Made by a program: the position numbers and the translations under genes. A model generated the notes under the pieces. That model made no database searches, was not told the origin of the DNA, and worked only from the letters and a program-made list of their open reading frames with translations. Below, piece after piece: positions 24,855 through 38,320 of a stretch of DNA of 64,000 bases (within the stretch, counting starts at the first letter, position 1; every line of letters starts with the position of its first letter). The stretch spans positions 48,682,464-48,746,463 of the forward strand of contig NC_043011.1 in NCBI RefSeq assembly GCF_006345805.1, in the 5' to 3' direction. Origin of the DNA: Octopus sinensis (Eukaryota).

Positions 24855-25245
24855 TATTATATAAAATCTGTTCTGTCTGTCTGTGTGTGTGTCTTTTAGG
24901 ATCTCGGGCATCCTCTATCCAATTGCGCTCAAATTTGATACGTAGATACCGACGGTAGCAGGGCGTGTATAAGTCTTGAAAAAATTACATTACATAAATC
25001 GATTCCAGGTGAGAATGCGATCGATAAAGCCGTGGGAACGTGCATTTGTATGTGCAAGTACATCAGCTGTTGCGATCGATACTATATGTATGTGAGAAAA
25101 TGCACGGTGTCTCAAATTTAGGTTAAATCACTGTTTTTGAAAGAGGATGCCTATGGGATGGTCAGACAAGTTGTTTTGAGGAAAAAAGGGTTTAAATGTT
25201 TGACAACTCAGCACCGTCCACCAGACGGGGGGGGGGGGTTATTAG
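24855..25245 (+). mobile_element. Second non-autonomous Helitron-like element, directly tandem
   Basis: Starts right after CTAG; (TCTG)n; 3' hairpin CCGTC-cacca-GACGG then TTAG|T. Confidence 0.65.
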
Positions 25246-25979
25246 TATATATATATATATGTAAAGCTCTAATAAATAAATGTACATAACCGATTATTTC
25301 TCACTATTATACGTGCACACACACATATATTTATCAGCAGAATATGTTTTGAATGTTGCTGTTATTAATATTCCACATATAAAAAAATTCGAATAGGTTA
25401 ACACACAGTTGAAATAAGATGGAAGATAGAAAATAAGGAATCCAGTCATTGGTTCACATTTCAATTTATTTATATTTCCAAAATATTCAGATTTTAATGC
25501 TTCACAAGTCAAGAGTAAACTTTTGATATGTTTCAAATCTTATAAAAATTAAGTGTTCGCTTCAGAGTGCATAATATTGGAATATTTTATAGCATTACAT
25601 ACAGATGTAATGAGAAATAATAGTAAGTTTTTGAAGATAAAATATTTTCAAATTAGGAATTTTAATAACAACAGTGTTCCAGCCTAAACTATCAATATAC
25701 GTTGTATAAAATATAATTGTTTCTTCCATGTATTTTCACGGATTCTGCTAAAGAATTTAAAGTAAACAATATATACAGTATATATACAACCCTTTAAATA
25801 TTGAAATATATTTATATATACAACTTTAAATGTAAAATATGAAAGAAATAATTATATTCTAACTTCCATAGTATTTCCATCTTTCATACTACACATACAG
25901 AAATTCTGGACCACATCTAGAAATATATCACCTGACTGGTTTCCATAAAATCACTGACAATCATGCTCCGGTCTCTGAT

Positions 25980-26230
25980 CCACAGGTGTGATGTCTCCTC
26001 ACTTTACATTTTCACTGTTACTCTAATAGCCTCTGATCCTAGCAGCTAACGTCAACCACCTCCACTCAAGCATTACTATCCTTGCTCCATATGTTGTCCC
26101 TAAACACCTTCTACCAACCCTTACACACAATCTTTCTTTCACACAATGGCAGCTCTCTGGAGTTCCCTTCCAGGTCATATCTTTCAATCATTCTCAAATG
26201 GTTAACTTAAATAATTGTGGAGATCTCGTC
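25980..26230 (+). mobile_element. Old L2/Crack-like LINE 3' fragment
   Basis: Reads SFFHTMAALWSSLPGHIF, like SFFPRT..LWNSLP..VF of L2/CR1-group ORF2 ends. Confidence 0.5.
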
Positions 26231-26658
26231 CAACTGAAACCAGTGGTTGCCTTATAATTAACAAATTAAGTATATTTATCCACTAGTGCAGTGTTCAGCT
26301 CTCATTCTCACTGTTTGATACTAGCATGTGTGTGTGTAAACAGAGTGAAGAGGTTAGATAAAAAATGTTTTCACATGGTTACTTGTAGTAAATAGTTTAA
26401 AAAGAAAGGAAACGAAGAGAAATTTTACACCGGACGAAATATATTGCATATCTTAAGGAAAAAAGTATCTACATAGTCGACTGGTTTCACTTTTGCTACT
26501 CATGACTAAGAAGTTAATGATAATATCACTAATAATATCCGTCCCTCACTAATGTAATTTATAACATCAAACAGAGGTGGGTGTCCCTGTAGGTATAAGT
26601 GCGTGTGTGTGTTTGGAAACACTCACACATACATATAGGTGTGTATATATATTATATG

Positions 26659-26692
<34 letters not shown>

Positions 26693-26824
26693 ATATATAT
26701 ATTTACTCCCTAATATTATTATTATCTATGTATATATATATATTATATATATATATAATATATATATATATTATATATAATATAATATATAGATATATAT
26801 ATATATATAATATATAACATATAT

Positions 26825-26862
<38 letters not shown>

Positions 26863-26865
26863 ACA

Positions 26866-27265
26866 TCATCATCATCATCATCATCATCGTTTAACGTCCG
26901 CTTTCCATGCTAGCAGGGGTTGGACGGTTCAACTGGGGCCTGGCAAGCCCGAAGGCTGCACCAGGCCAGTCAGATCTGGCAGTGTTTCTACAGCTGGATG
27001 CCCTTCCTAACGCCAACCACTCCGAGAGTGTAGTGGGTGATTTTATGTGCCACCGACACAGGTGCCAGATGAGGCTGGCAGATGGCCACGCTCGGATGGT
27101 GTTTTTTATGTGCCACCGACACAGGTGCCAGACGAGGCTGGCTGACGGCTACGCTCGGATGGTGTTTTCTTATGTGTCACCGACACAGGTGCCAGACGGG
27201 GCTGGCGGACGGCCACGCTCGGATGGTGTTTGTTACGTGCCTCAGCACGGAGGCCAGTCGTTGCG
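26866..27265 (-). mobile_element. SINE family B with four ~62-bp internal units
   Basis: tgtgccaccgacacaggtgccaga repeated at ~27045, 27108 and 27172, plus a fourth degenerate unit. Confidence 0.85.
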
Positions 27266-27677
27266 GGTACTGGCATATATTTATTTTTAAAGGTAGTGAA
27301 TTGGAGATGACAGAGAGTTGGATTAGCAAGAACTGTTAGAATGTTGGTCAGAGTGCCTTACAGAATCTGTTCCTCCTTTCAGTTCTAACAGCAAGGCACT
27401 TCTCTTAGACTGCAACGATGGTAATTAGGGAGAAGGCTTGCATGCATGGGTAATTGATTGCCTCCAGAATAAAAAGGGAACATATTTTGCTTATTGATGC
27501 AGATAAATAGTCAACTCCGAGTAACAGAGACACTCCACCCCTCACTAATGTAATTTATAACATCAAACAGGGGTGGGTGTCCCTGTGGGGGCAAGCGTGT
27601 GTTTGGAAACACTCACACATACATATAGATGCGTATATATATTATATGTCTCTCTCTCTCTCTATATATATATATAT

Positions 27678-27732
<55 letters not shown>

Positions 27733-27854
27733 TATATATATATATGTATATATATATATATAGATATAGATATATAGATATAGATATATATACACACACA
27801 TATATACGTATGTATATCTGTGTGTGTGTGTATGTATATTGTATATATGTATAT

Positions 27855-27885
<31 letters not shown>

Positions 27886-28170
27886 GATATAACATCCAAT
27901 CAAAATTCTAATGCATGAGGAAATCTCGGATAGATACACTGAACAGTTTTATTTATTGTATTAGTTTCAAGAGTCTTGGAGTATATTTTCCAACCCAACA
28001 TTGCCTAGAGACCCTCAACTGTCATAAAAGATAATTTAATTGCTGTCCTCCTGACAAAATACTATTCCCTTTGTACATAGTAACCTTAACAGCTTTTGAT
28101 ATATATATTTATATGCACATCTATTTATGCATCCATCTGCCTATCTTTCTGTGTGTGTGTGTGTGGTGTG

Positions 28171-28201
<31 letters not shown>

Positions 28202-28787
28202 TGTGTGTGTGTGTGTGTATGCTATAACTACAACTATAACCTATAACTATATGTTTGTGTGTGTTTGTGCAGAATTATATATATATATATGTATGTATGT
28301 GTATAAGTACATACGTGTATATATTTATATATTATATATATATGTATAATATATATATATATATATATATATATCTATATATATATATATTATATATATA
28401 TATATATATAATATATATGTATATATATAATATATATGTTATATATATATATATGTTATATATATATATAATACATATGTTATATATATATATATGTTAT
28501 ATATATATATATGTTATATATATATATTATATATGCTATATATTATATATATATATTATATATATATATATATATTATATATATATATATATCAGCTTAT
28601 ATGTACATATGTATATTTATGAGGGTCATAATACAAAAGTATAAAGACAATACATACACACATATCTATGCATACACATATACACACACATAACTGTATA
28701 TATGTAAGTATATATGAGTGTGTGTACATATATATATATGCATATGTGTATATATACATATATATATGCATGTATATATATACACAC

Positions 28788-28840
<53 letters not shown>

Positions 28841-29103
28841 CGTATATGTATATATTTACATGTGTGTGTGTGTGTATGTGTATGCATATATATATATATG
28901 AATATGTGTGTCTATTTATCTAAAGTTCTTATTCTATATCTATGTATCTCGCAGTGTCTCCCATCCTATCTATATTGTTATCTAAGGGACTATATATGTA
29001 TGTGTGTGTCTAAGTAGTTAAACTGCAATGTGCTTTATTGTTATTTAAGACTGAATCTTTGTTCAGTATAATATTTAGTGCTAACAAAACCAGTTACTTC
29101 TGT

Positions 29104-29138
<35 letters not shown>

Positions 29139-29467
29139 TTGGTTACCTGTTAATGTTCAGCTGTTTTTATGTATTGGTAATTGAAATCGCTCTTCTGACT
29201 CTATTTCCTACTAGTTTACAATTGTATATTTTAAAGGATTCCTCCCCTCTTCTCTCTCTTTCTTTTTCTCTCTCTTTCTTTTTCTCTCTCTTGCATTCCC
29301 TCTGTGTCTCTGTCAACCTATCCCTCTCTACTTCTGTTTCTCTTTCTCCAGGCTTATACACACAAATGCTGATGTGCACAAGTAAATAGATAAATTCAGA
29401 CACATACTCATTCATTGGGATGAACGCACACACACACAAACACACACAAATGCTCATTCACAGACAG

Positions 29468-29505
<38 letters not shown>

Positions 29506-29869
29506 ATACAACGACACAGAAATATACACATATCCACATATTTAAAGACATACAGATACACAAAGGTCATTCAAAAACTATGCAAATATTCTAAAACATT
29601 ACATACACATCAAATATTTGTACTAAATATCTATGTGATAAATGGCTATTAAATATTCAAATATTTCTGAAGTATTTGCATTGACATACTAACGATATTT
29701 AAATGCTTTATTTAATTGATAATTTTCACAAACGAACAGATTTATTAAAAGATAATGTATTGTTCATGTTGTCACTGTTGTTATTTGTTCGATTAAGCAG
29801 AACTATGATCAAAGCATAGCCAGCCATGACCATCATGTATAGAATTTAAGAATTTAAGGATTTTCTTTT

Positions 29870-30755
29870 ATCTTTTAATTGTTACCGTTACTAGACTGTG
29901 GCTATGCTGGGGCACCATTCTGGAGAAATTTTGGTCAAATGAATCAACCCCAGTGCTTACTGTTTTTAAACCTTGGTACTTCTTTAATTTACAGGGATGA
30001 AAACAAATAGTGGTGGGAGCAAACAAAGACAGAAGGACACACAACCCATATACAAGCATGCACACACACCCATATACATGCACACATATACACATGCATG
30101 CACACACACATATACATGCATGCACACACATATACATGCATGCACACACATATACATGTATGCACACACACCCATATACATGCATGCACACACACCCATA
30201 TACATGCACACACATACACATATACATGCATGCACTCACACACATATGCATGCATGCACACATTTATATACACATGAGTATATATATAAGTGGAGGCGCA
30301 ATGGCCTAGTGGTTAGGGCAGCGGACTCGCGGTTGTAGGATCGCGGTTTCGATTCCCAGACCAGGCGTTGTGAGTGTTTATTGAGTGAAAACACCTAAAG
30401 CTCCACGAAGCTCTGGCAGGGGGAGGTGGCGATCCCTGCTGTACTCTTTTTCCACAACTGTCTCTCACTCTTTCTTCTGTTGGCCTGCTCGCTTAGCCAT
30501 TGGGGTGGGGTCATTTGAAGGCTGAAAAACAATGCAAAGCGCATTGTGACCAGCGATGTGAAGCAACATCTGATAGCCTGGTCGGTCATATATATATGTG
30601 GCAGGCTTCTTTCAGTTTCCTTCTATCAAATCCAATCACAAGATTTTGGTTGGCCTGAGTCTATTCAAGGAGACACTTGCCCAAGATGCCACATAGTGGA
30701 ACTGAACCTGGAACAATCTAGATGGGAAGCAAACTTCTTACCACACACCACCCCT
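29870..30755 (-). mobile_element. SINE family A (minus) interrupted in its microsatellite by a family C copy
   Basis: 3' half 29870-30020, 5' half 30600-30755. Confidence 0.65.
30289..30590 (+). mobile_element. SINE family C head with tail type 3
   Basis: Near-identical to 23119-23408. Confidence 0.85.
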
Positions 30756-31900
30756 AAGCTCATACCATCTAATCTTTTCTTTTTTTTTTCTTAGGACAAT
30801 AAAATGTAAACTGGGGAAAATTAATGTTAATGCTATTTCAAGTATGCTGCGGGATTTTGTATCAAAGCTCCCTCATAGGGACAGAGTTTTCAGGCTAAAT
30901 CATAAGATGTTTTAATGTCTGAATGTTTGTTAATTAATTTCCCATTAGCAGAATTACACTGAGCTCTTAAACAAGTTTCTTAAATTTATTAAGGTTGCCA
31001 CATTAATTCCCAATCAACAAACCTCAACGGTATTCTTACATTAGTCCCTACCTTCTTATAAGATTGGTAGTTCACTTTCTAATTGCTGAGAATTTTCTTT
31101 TCTTTTAATCAAGTCTCCAAATTCTTATAAAAGTGTCAGCGGATTTCATATTTAGATCATTTCACTGAAGGATTATGGACGAAGTTTACCTCCCAACCAC
31201 ACTGTTCCAGGATCGCTCCCACCGTGTGACACATTGGGCTTGCATCGTCTACTATAACCACAGGTTGATCAAAGTGGATTTGCTAGTTGGAAACTGAAAA
31301 GAAGCCCATCATGTGTGTATATATACATACATACATACATATATATATATGTATAGAGAGAGAGAGAACAAAGTGTACAAACGCCGCTATATATATATAT
31401 ATAAAAAAATAAAATACAAAATGGGACAAGAACACAAAACATCCAGACAACTAGGGTATATATATATATATATATAGATAGATAGATTTTTTCTATTCCT
31501 GAGCATTATACTAAAACATCTGTTTGTTTTGTACACCACCTGTCTTTGTCTTTAGTTTTTTTCGTAAACTTTCCCTATATATATATATTCAAGTAAAGGT
31601 AATAAACCTCATTAAGGGATTACAAATCTGTTAAAAATGCTGGTTATTTACCAATCCATAAAAAAGTTCAACTATAAGGTAACCATATAAACCATGGTTC
31701 ATATATTTATATTTTTAAAGAATAAGGAGAAAATAAAGAGGTAATTAATAAAAATATTTATTAATTATAAAATATGACAACAGCTGTCAGAGTTGCCATA
31801 TTTTATAATTAATAAATGGTTTTATTAATCATCTCTCCATTTTTTCATATTCTTTATATATGTGTGTGTATATATAAATATAGACACACACATACATATA

Positions 31901-32405
31901 TCTCTCTATATATATAAACAGCAGTTTGTCTGTATGTGTGTCTGTGTGTCTGTCAGGTTGTACCCTCACCCTGACCACGGCTTTCAACCGATTCTGATGA
32001 AACTTGACACACACATAGCCCAATGTCATAATTCAAAACTAACGCAGCGAAAATTTTGAAAAGTTCCCCCAGTTCTGAAAATAATTGATAAATTCGACGT
32101 GGGGTCGAGAATCTAAGCTTTTTATTTGCAACACATTTTCTGTTGTAGTTTTCGCAAAACTCATGGTGAAGCTTAATGCTACCCTAAGAAATTTAATTCT
32201 GTCGTTAGTTTTCCATGCAATACCTTACTATCAGAAAAAATCGATAAATTCATGCCATTTTGGGAAATCGCATTCAAATTCAAGATGACATATTTTCGAC
32301 AATATCTTTCACAAATTGGCAGGAATTTTTTTTAAATTCACAGCGAGCATCATGTCTGCTCCAGGGGCTCTTACATACCCGGGCAATGCCGGGCTATGCT
32401 GCTAG
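31901..32405 (+). mobile_element. Non-autonomous Helitron-like element
   Basis: 5' A|TCTCTCTATA, gtctgt repeats, 3' hairpin CCCGG-gcaatg-CCGGG and CTAG|T at 32402-32406. Confidence 0.75.
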
Positions 32406-32499
32406 TATATATATATATGGAGAGGAATGTATTCCCGTACAGAAAGGCAAACCACAAAACAAATTCTCTTGTATGTATATGTATATATATATATATATA

Positions 32500-32861
32500 T
32501 ATGCCAGCATCACTTGGCCGGTGCCAGCACTGCCTCGACTGGCTCTAGTGCTGGTGGCACATAAAAAGCACCATCTGAACGTGGCCGATGCCAGCGCCGC
32601 CTTGGCTGGCTTCCGTGCCGGTGGCACGTTAAAAGCACCAACCGATCGTGGCCGATGCCGGACTCCCCTGGCACTTGTGCAGGTGGCACGTAAAAAGCAC
32701 CCACTACACTCGCGGAGTGGTTGGCATTAGGAAGGGCATCCAGCTGTAGAAACACTGCCAGATCAGACTGGAGCCTGGTGCAGCCTCCTGGCTTCCCATA
32801 CCCCGGTCGAACCATCCAACCCGTGCTAGTGCGGAAAACGGACGTAAAAAGATGATGATGA

Positions 32862-32862
<1 letters not shown>
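32500..32862 (+). mobile_element. SINE family B
   Basis: Multiple gtgcc..ggcac units plus GAT tail. Confidence 0.85.
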
Positions 32863-32894
<32 letters not shown>

Positions 32895-33377
32895 TTGTGT
32901 GTGTGTGTGTATGAATAATGGGTAGATAGAGGTTGACACATTTCTCTTGCCTGCTGGGATACATATTAGCCCCAAGGTAAGGTCTTGTTTTGATTTCTAT
33001 CTGCAGGAATATTCCCCTGAAGAGACAAATGGATCCCTCAATAGATCCCTAATGTTGAAGTTGCAATAGGGAATTAACCAGTTATTTTTAAGTTGTGGAT
33101 TCTGTTTGTCATGTCACCCACAGACAGCTTTTATTGTGAAGAGAAATAATACGAGTGATTTAAATGATTTTATAGTGGTTTTGACTGCTATTTCTAAACA
33201 TGTAAGGGTTTTGAAACCCACTTAGTTATAATTGAGACTTGTTCATAATTAACATTCTTCTTCTATGTATTTTATGATAACATGTTTGGCCATTGATATA
33301 TTCATAAATAATTAGTAATTGTGTATAATATAGCCTCTATAATGCATTATTACATTACCTTTTAATTATATATATAT

Positions 33378-34075
33378 GTAGGAGTGGCTGTGTGCTAAGT
33401 AGCTTGCTTACCAACCATATGGTTCCAGGTTCAGTCCCACTGTGTGGCACCTTGGGCAAGTGCCTTCTGCTATAGCCTCGGGCTGACCAAAGCCTTGTGA
33501 TTGGATTTGGTAGACGGAAACTGAAAGAAGCCTGTCATAAATATGTATATATATATGTATGTGTGTGTGTATGTCTGTGTGTCTGTGTTTGTCACCCCAA
33601 CATCGCTTGACAACCAATGCTGGTGTATTTACGTCCAAATAACTTAGCGGTTTGGTAAGAGACCGATATAATAAGTACTAGGCTTACAAATAATAAGTCC
33701 AGAGGTTGATTTGCTCGACTAAAGGTGGTGCTCCAGCATGGCCACTGTCAAATGAGTGAAACAAGTAAAGGCGTAAAGGCATAAAGTTGTAATGTGTGTG
33801 TGTGTGTTTGTGCATGCATGTGTGTGTGCACATATGTGTGTGTGTGTATGCATATGTGTCTTTGTGCCTGTGTTTCTCCCCCAGCAGAGCTTAACAACTG
33901 GTGTTGGTGTGTTTACATCCCTGTAACTTAGCAGTTTGGTAAAAGGAACCAACTGAGTAAGTACCAGGCTTAACATGAAAACAAGTACTGGGATTGATAA
34001 ATTCAACTAAAATTCCTCAATGAAGTGCCCCAGGATGGCCACAGTCAATTGATCAAAACAAAACAAAATACAAAA
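33378..34075 (+). mobile_element. SINE family A followed by an extra 3' half
   Basis: Full copy 33378-33790; 3' half 33860-34075. Confidence 0.85.
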
Positions 34076-34659
34076 GATGTCTTTTAAATGCAGAAAAATT
34101 GTTTGTTGATTAGCCATCATCAATTCTATATTTTTAGATGGATTTTAAGATTTTCCTTTGATTTTCAGATCATTTTTCTATCCCCATTAATCCACTTAGA
34201 CAGGGTTCTTCATTCTTTTAAGAGAGATGTACTAAACTACAAGCTGTTATCAAGAGTTCATTAAAGATTAATACTTCATCCTAGAGTATTGGATGATTGA
34301 CAGCTGCTTCATCAGTTTCCACTCTGGTTATGTATCATCCTTCTTCTATTAAGGGCGTCCTTCTATGAGACAATACTAGGAAATGAAGTAAGCGATGTCC
34401 TTCTTTATTTTCTGTAACATCACGTTAACATTGACAGCCTGGTCACATTATTTTCGCTGGTTATGAACCACACACTACTAAATTCTTTAAAGTTTTTAGT
34501 AATTGCTATTCTGCCCAATTTCTGATGATGTCTAATGATGAGCATCAACGAAATATATATACATATATATGTATTACAAATAAGATATATATATCATCAT
34601 CATCATCATCATAATTTAGCGTCTGCTTTCCATGCTGGCATGGGTTGGAAATATATATA

Positions 34660-34870
34660 TATAGTTAATCCAAACATGAAAACACAAAGAGAAAACACAA
34701 CAACGCGAGGACTTGGAACAAATATAGAATTATTGGATGCTCAGGAAAGAAGAAAAGAAGGAGGGTTTAACGTTTCGAGCAGAGCTCTTCGTCGGAAACA
34801 TAGGAAAAGGAAAGATCCAAAGAAGGTAAGATGGAGGAAAAAAAATTGCCAACAGTACACACGCGGTGAT
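34660..34870 (-). mobile_element. Penelope-like terminal repeat fragment (second family)
   Basis: Contains a hammerhead motif; embedded between (TA)n and (GATA)n. Confidence 0.6.
34765..34799 (-). ncRNA. Minimal hammerhead ribozyme motif with variant core
   Basis: gttt-CCGACGA-a-GAGC-tct-GCTC-GAAAC-GTT-aaac. Confidence 0.6.
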
Positions 34871-34880
34871 AGATAGATAA

Positions 34881-34951
<71 letters not shown>

Positions 34952-35001
34952 TAGATATATATATATGTTTATATATATAATATAAATAATATGTGTGTGT
35001 C

Positions 35002-35033
<32 letters not shown>

Positions 35034-35929
35034 CACACATGAATATAAGGGTACAGGATGTCACCAAACAGTAAACAACATATATATATGTATTTATATA
35101 TATTGATTTGGTAGATGGAAACTGAAAGAAGCTTGTTATATATATATGTGTGTGTGTGTGTGTGTGAGTCTATATATTTGTCACCCACTACTGCCTGACA
35201 ACTGGTGTTGATGTGTTTACGACCATGTAACTTAGCAGTTTGGCAAAAGACACCTATAGAATAAGTAGCAGGCTTTACAAAATCTGATAGGTCCCGGAGT
35301 TAATAAACTGAACTAAATTTTTTCAAGGTGTTGCCCCAGCATGGCCACAGTCAAATGACTGAAACAAGTTAAAGATAAAAGATAGCTAAGAATTTTTGTT
35401 GCTCTGATACAGGAATCTTTGCTGCTTTAAACTATTGAAGAATTCAGCTTATTCTTGTTCTTTTACTGGTTTCTATTACTGGACTGTCGCCATGATGAAG
35501 AACAACATTCAAAAGTGTCTGTATATTCAAAATATGTTGCTCATGACAATTAACAAATGGCACTTGATGATAATATTAAAAAGATAATTTCTAGTCTTGG
35601 CACAAAGCCATCAGTTTTGGAGAAAAAGTATTGTTAATTCAATCAACATAAGTGACTTATATTTATTTGATTGAATTGAGGAAAGATCAAAGTCAAAGCC
35701 GACCTCGATGGCATTTATCTCGGGACCCCGGGGAAATAAATATCCCAAGGTATTTCGTCTGTCACCGTTGGTGTAATCTATCAATTTGCGATTGTTAACT
35801 ATGATATATATTTTCAAAATTTCAAATGCACTTATGTGTATGTGTGTACAGGGCAAATTTATGTATGTCTGTATCTTCTTTTGTTCAAGTAGTCATCAAT
35901 GTCACTGCTGCTGACCCATTGGTATCACC

Positions 35930-36660
35930 ATCACCATCACCATCACCGCCACCACCGTCACCACCTGCACCACCACCATCACCACCACCACCACCACCAT
36001 CACCACCATCGCCACCATCACCACCACCACCACCACCACCCACCACCACCACCACCACCACCACCACCACCACCACCACCACCACCACCACCACCTAAAC
36101 CACCACCTAAACCACCACCACCACCACCACCACAACACCACCACCACCACCACACCACACCACCACCACCACCTAAACCACCACCTAACCACCACCACCA
36201 CACCACCAACCACCACCACCACCACCACCCCACCACATCACCACCACCACCATCACCATCACCACCATCGCCACCATCACCACCACCACCACCACCACCA
36301 CCACCACACCACACCATCACCACCACCACCATCACCACCACCACCACCTAAACCACCACCTAAACCACCACCACCACCACCACCACCACCACCACCACCA
36401 CCACCACCACCATCACCACCACCACCACCACCATCACCACCATCGCCACATCACCACCACCACCACCACCACCACCACCACCACCACCACATCACCACCA
36501 CCACACACCATCACCACCACCACCACCTAAACCACCACCATCGCCACCATCACCACCACCACCACCACCACCACCACCACCACCACCACCATCACCACCA
36601 CCACCATCACCACCACCACCACCTAAACCACCACCACCACCACCATCACCTCTTCTACCA
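35930..36660. repeat. (CAC)n tract with recurring CCTAAA and CATCGC interruptions
   Basis: Direct reading. Confidence 0.95.
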
Positions 36661-36754
36661 TCGTCATTGTTACCACAACTTTAAGTGTCACAGTTGTTAC
36701 TGCTGACAATGTCCTTGTGGCCAATGACATGTTGCCGTTGCCTTTGTCACAGCA

Positions 36755-37063
36755 TGGCGCAGTGGTTAGAGCGTTGAGCTTACGATCGTGAGGTCGTAAG
36801 CTCGAATCCCGGACCGGGCTGCGTGTAGTGTTCTTGAGCAAGATACTTTATTTCACCTTGCTCCAGTTCACTCAGCTGTAGAAATGAATTGTAACATCAC
36901 AGGTGCCAAGCTCTATTGGCGTTTGCATTTCCCTTGGATAACACTGGTGGCATGGAGAGGGGAAGCCGGTATGCATGGGTGACTGCTGGTCTTCCATAAA
37001 CAACCTTGCCCGGACTTGTGCCTGGGAGGGTAACCTTCTAGGCGCAATCCTAGAGTCAGTCAT
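36755..37063 (+). mobile_element. tRNA-derived CORE-like SINE, tail type 4
   Basis: A box ggcgcagtgg, B box gctcgaatcc, CORE-like ttcttgagcaagatacttta...ccagttcactcagctgtagaaatg; tail also at 49780-49900 (minus). Confidence 0.85.
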
Positions 37064-37374
37064 ATGTATGTCATAAAGGTGTCTTTTTCACAATTTACAA
37101 CTGAAGCCACCTTTATTATTTATAATTTTCACTTTTACCATTAATGAATTCAGTGTATGATTTGTACAGTAACTTTTATAAACTGGCAAGATGAGCTAGC
37201 TTAGCCCTAGGCAGCTGGGTAAGAGCCACTGTCAAGCATTAATCAAATGTAAAATCACTGGTGATCTGGCTATGTCCTGGTTGCTGTGGGGAGCTTGCTT
37301 CCCTTGTCATAAGATAAGTGCTTTCTCATGGCTGAGTTGTTTGACTATCATTTCTAGCAGTGAGTGTTATATAT

Positions 37375-37620
37375 ATCATCATCATCATCATCATCGTCGT
37401 CGTTATTGTTGTTTAATGTTCGCTTTCTTTGCTGGCATGGGTTGGACAGTTTGACTGAGGGTTGGTGAGCCAGAAGGCTGCACCAGGCGCCAATCCCATC
37501 TGGCAACGATCATGGTCGAATAGTGCTTTTACATGCCACCAATACAGGACCAGTTAGGCGGCACTGGCATTGACCATGCTTGAATGGTCCTTTTTGCATG
37601 CCAATCAGGCTGTACTGTCA
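37375..37620 (-). mobile_element. SINE family B, diverged
   Basis: Reverse complement of the family B tail and units. Confidence 0.7.
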
Positions 37621-37629
37621 TCAACCACA

Positions 37630-38229
37630 ATATATATATATATACATATATATACATATATATGCATATATATATATACATATATATATGCATATATATA
37701 TATGCATATATATATATGCATATATATATATACATATATATGCATATATATATATACATAATATATGCATATATATATATGCATATATATATATGCATAT
37801 ATATATATACATGTATATATATATGCATATATATACATATATATGCATATATATATATACATATATATATATATACATATATATATATACATATATATAT
37901 ACATATACACATATATATATACATATATATATATACATATTTATATATACATATATATATATACATATATATATACATATATATATATACATATTTATAT
38001 ATACATATTTATATATACATATTTATATATACATTTATATATACATATATATATATACATATTTATATATACATATTTATATATACATATATATATATAC
38101 ATATATATGCATACATATATATACATACATATATATATACATATATATATATACATACATATATATATACACATGCATACATATACACACATACATACAT
38201 ACATACATACACATATACACACACATATA

Positions 38230-38287
<58 letters not shown>

Positions 38288-38320
38288 CTTCATGTATGTG
38301 TGTATTATGTACGGATGTAT
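37630..38320. repeat. (TA)n/(ATAC)n microsatellite
   Basis: Direct reading; similar tracts at 26640-26865, 27620-27890, 28260-28910, 40565-40940 and 61575-61920. Confidence 0.95.

Noticed and set aside
36085-36630. Interstitial telomeric repeats
   Set aside because: CCTAAA occurs singly within (CAC)n; there are no tandem TTAGGG arrays.
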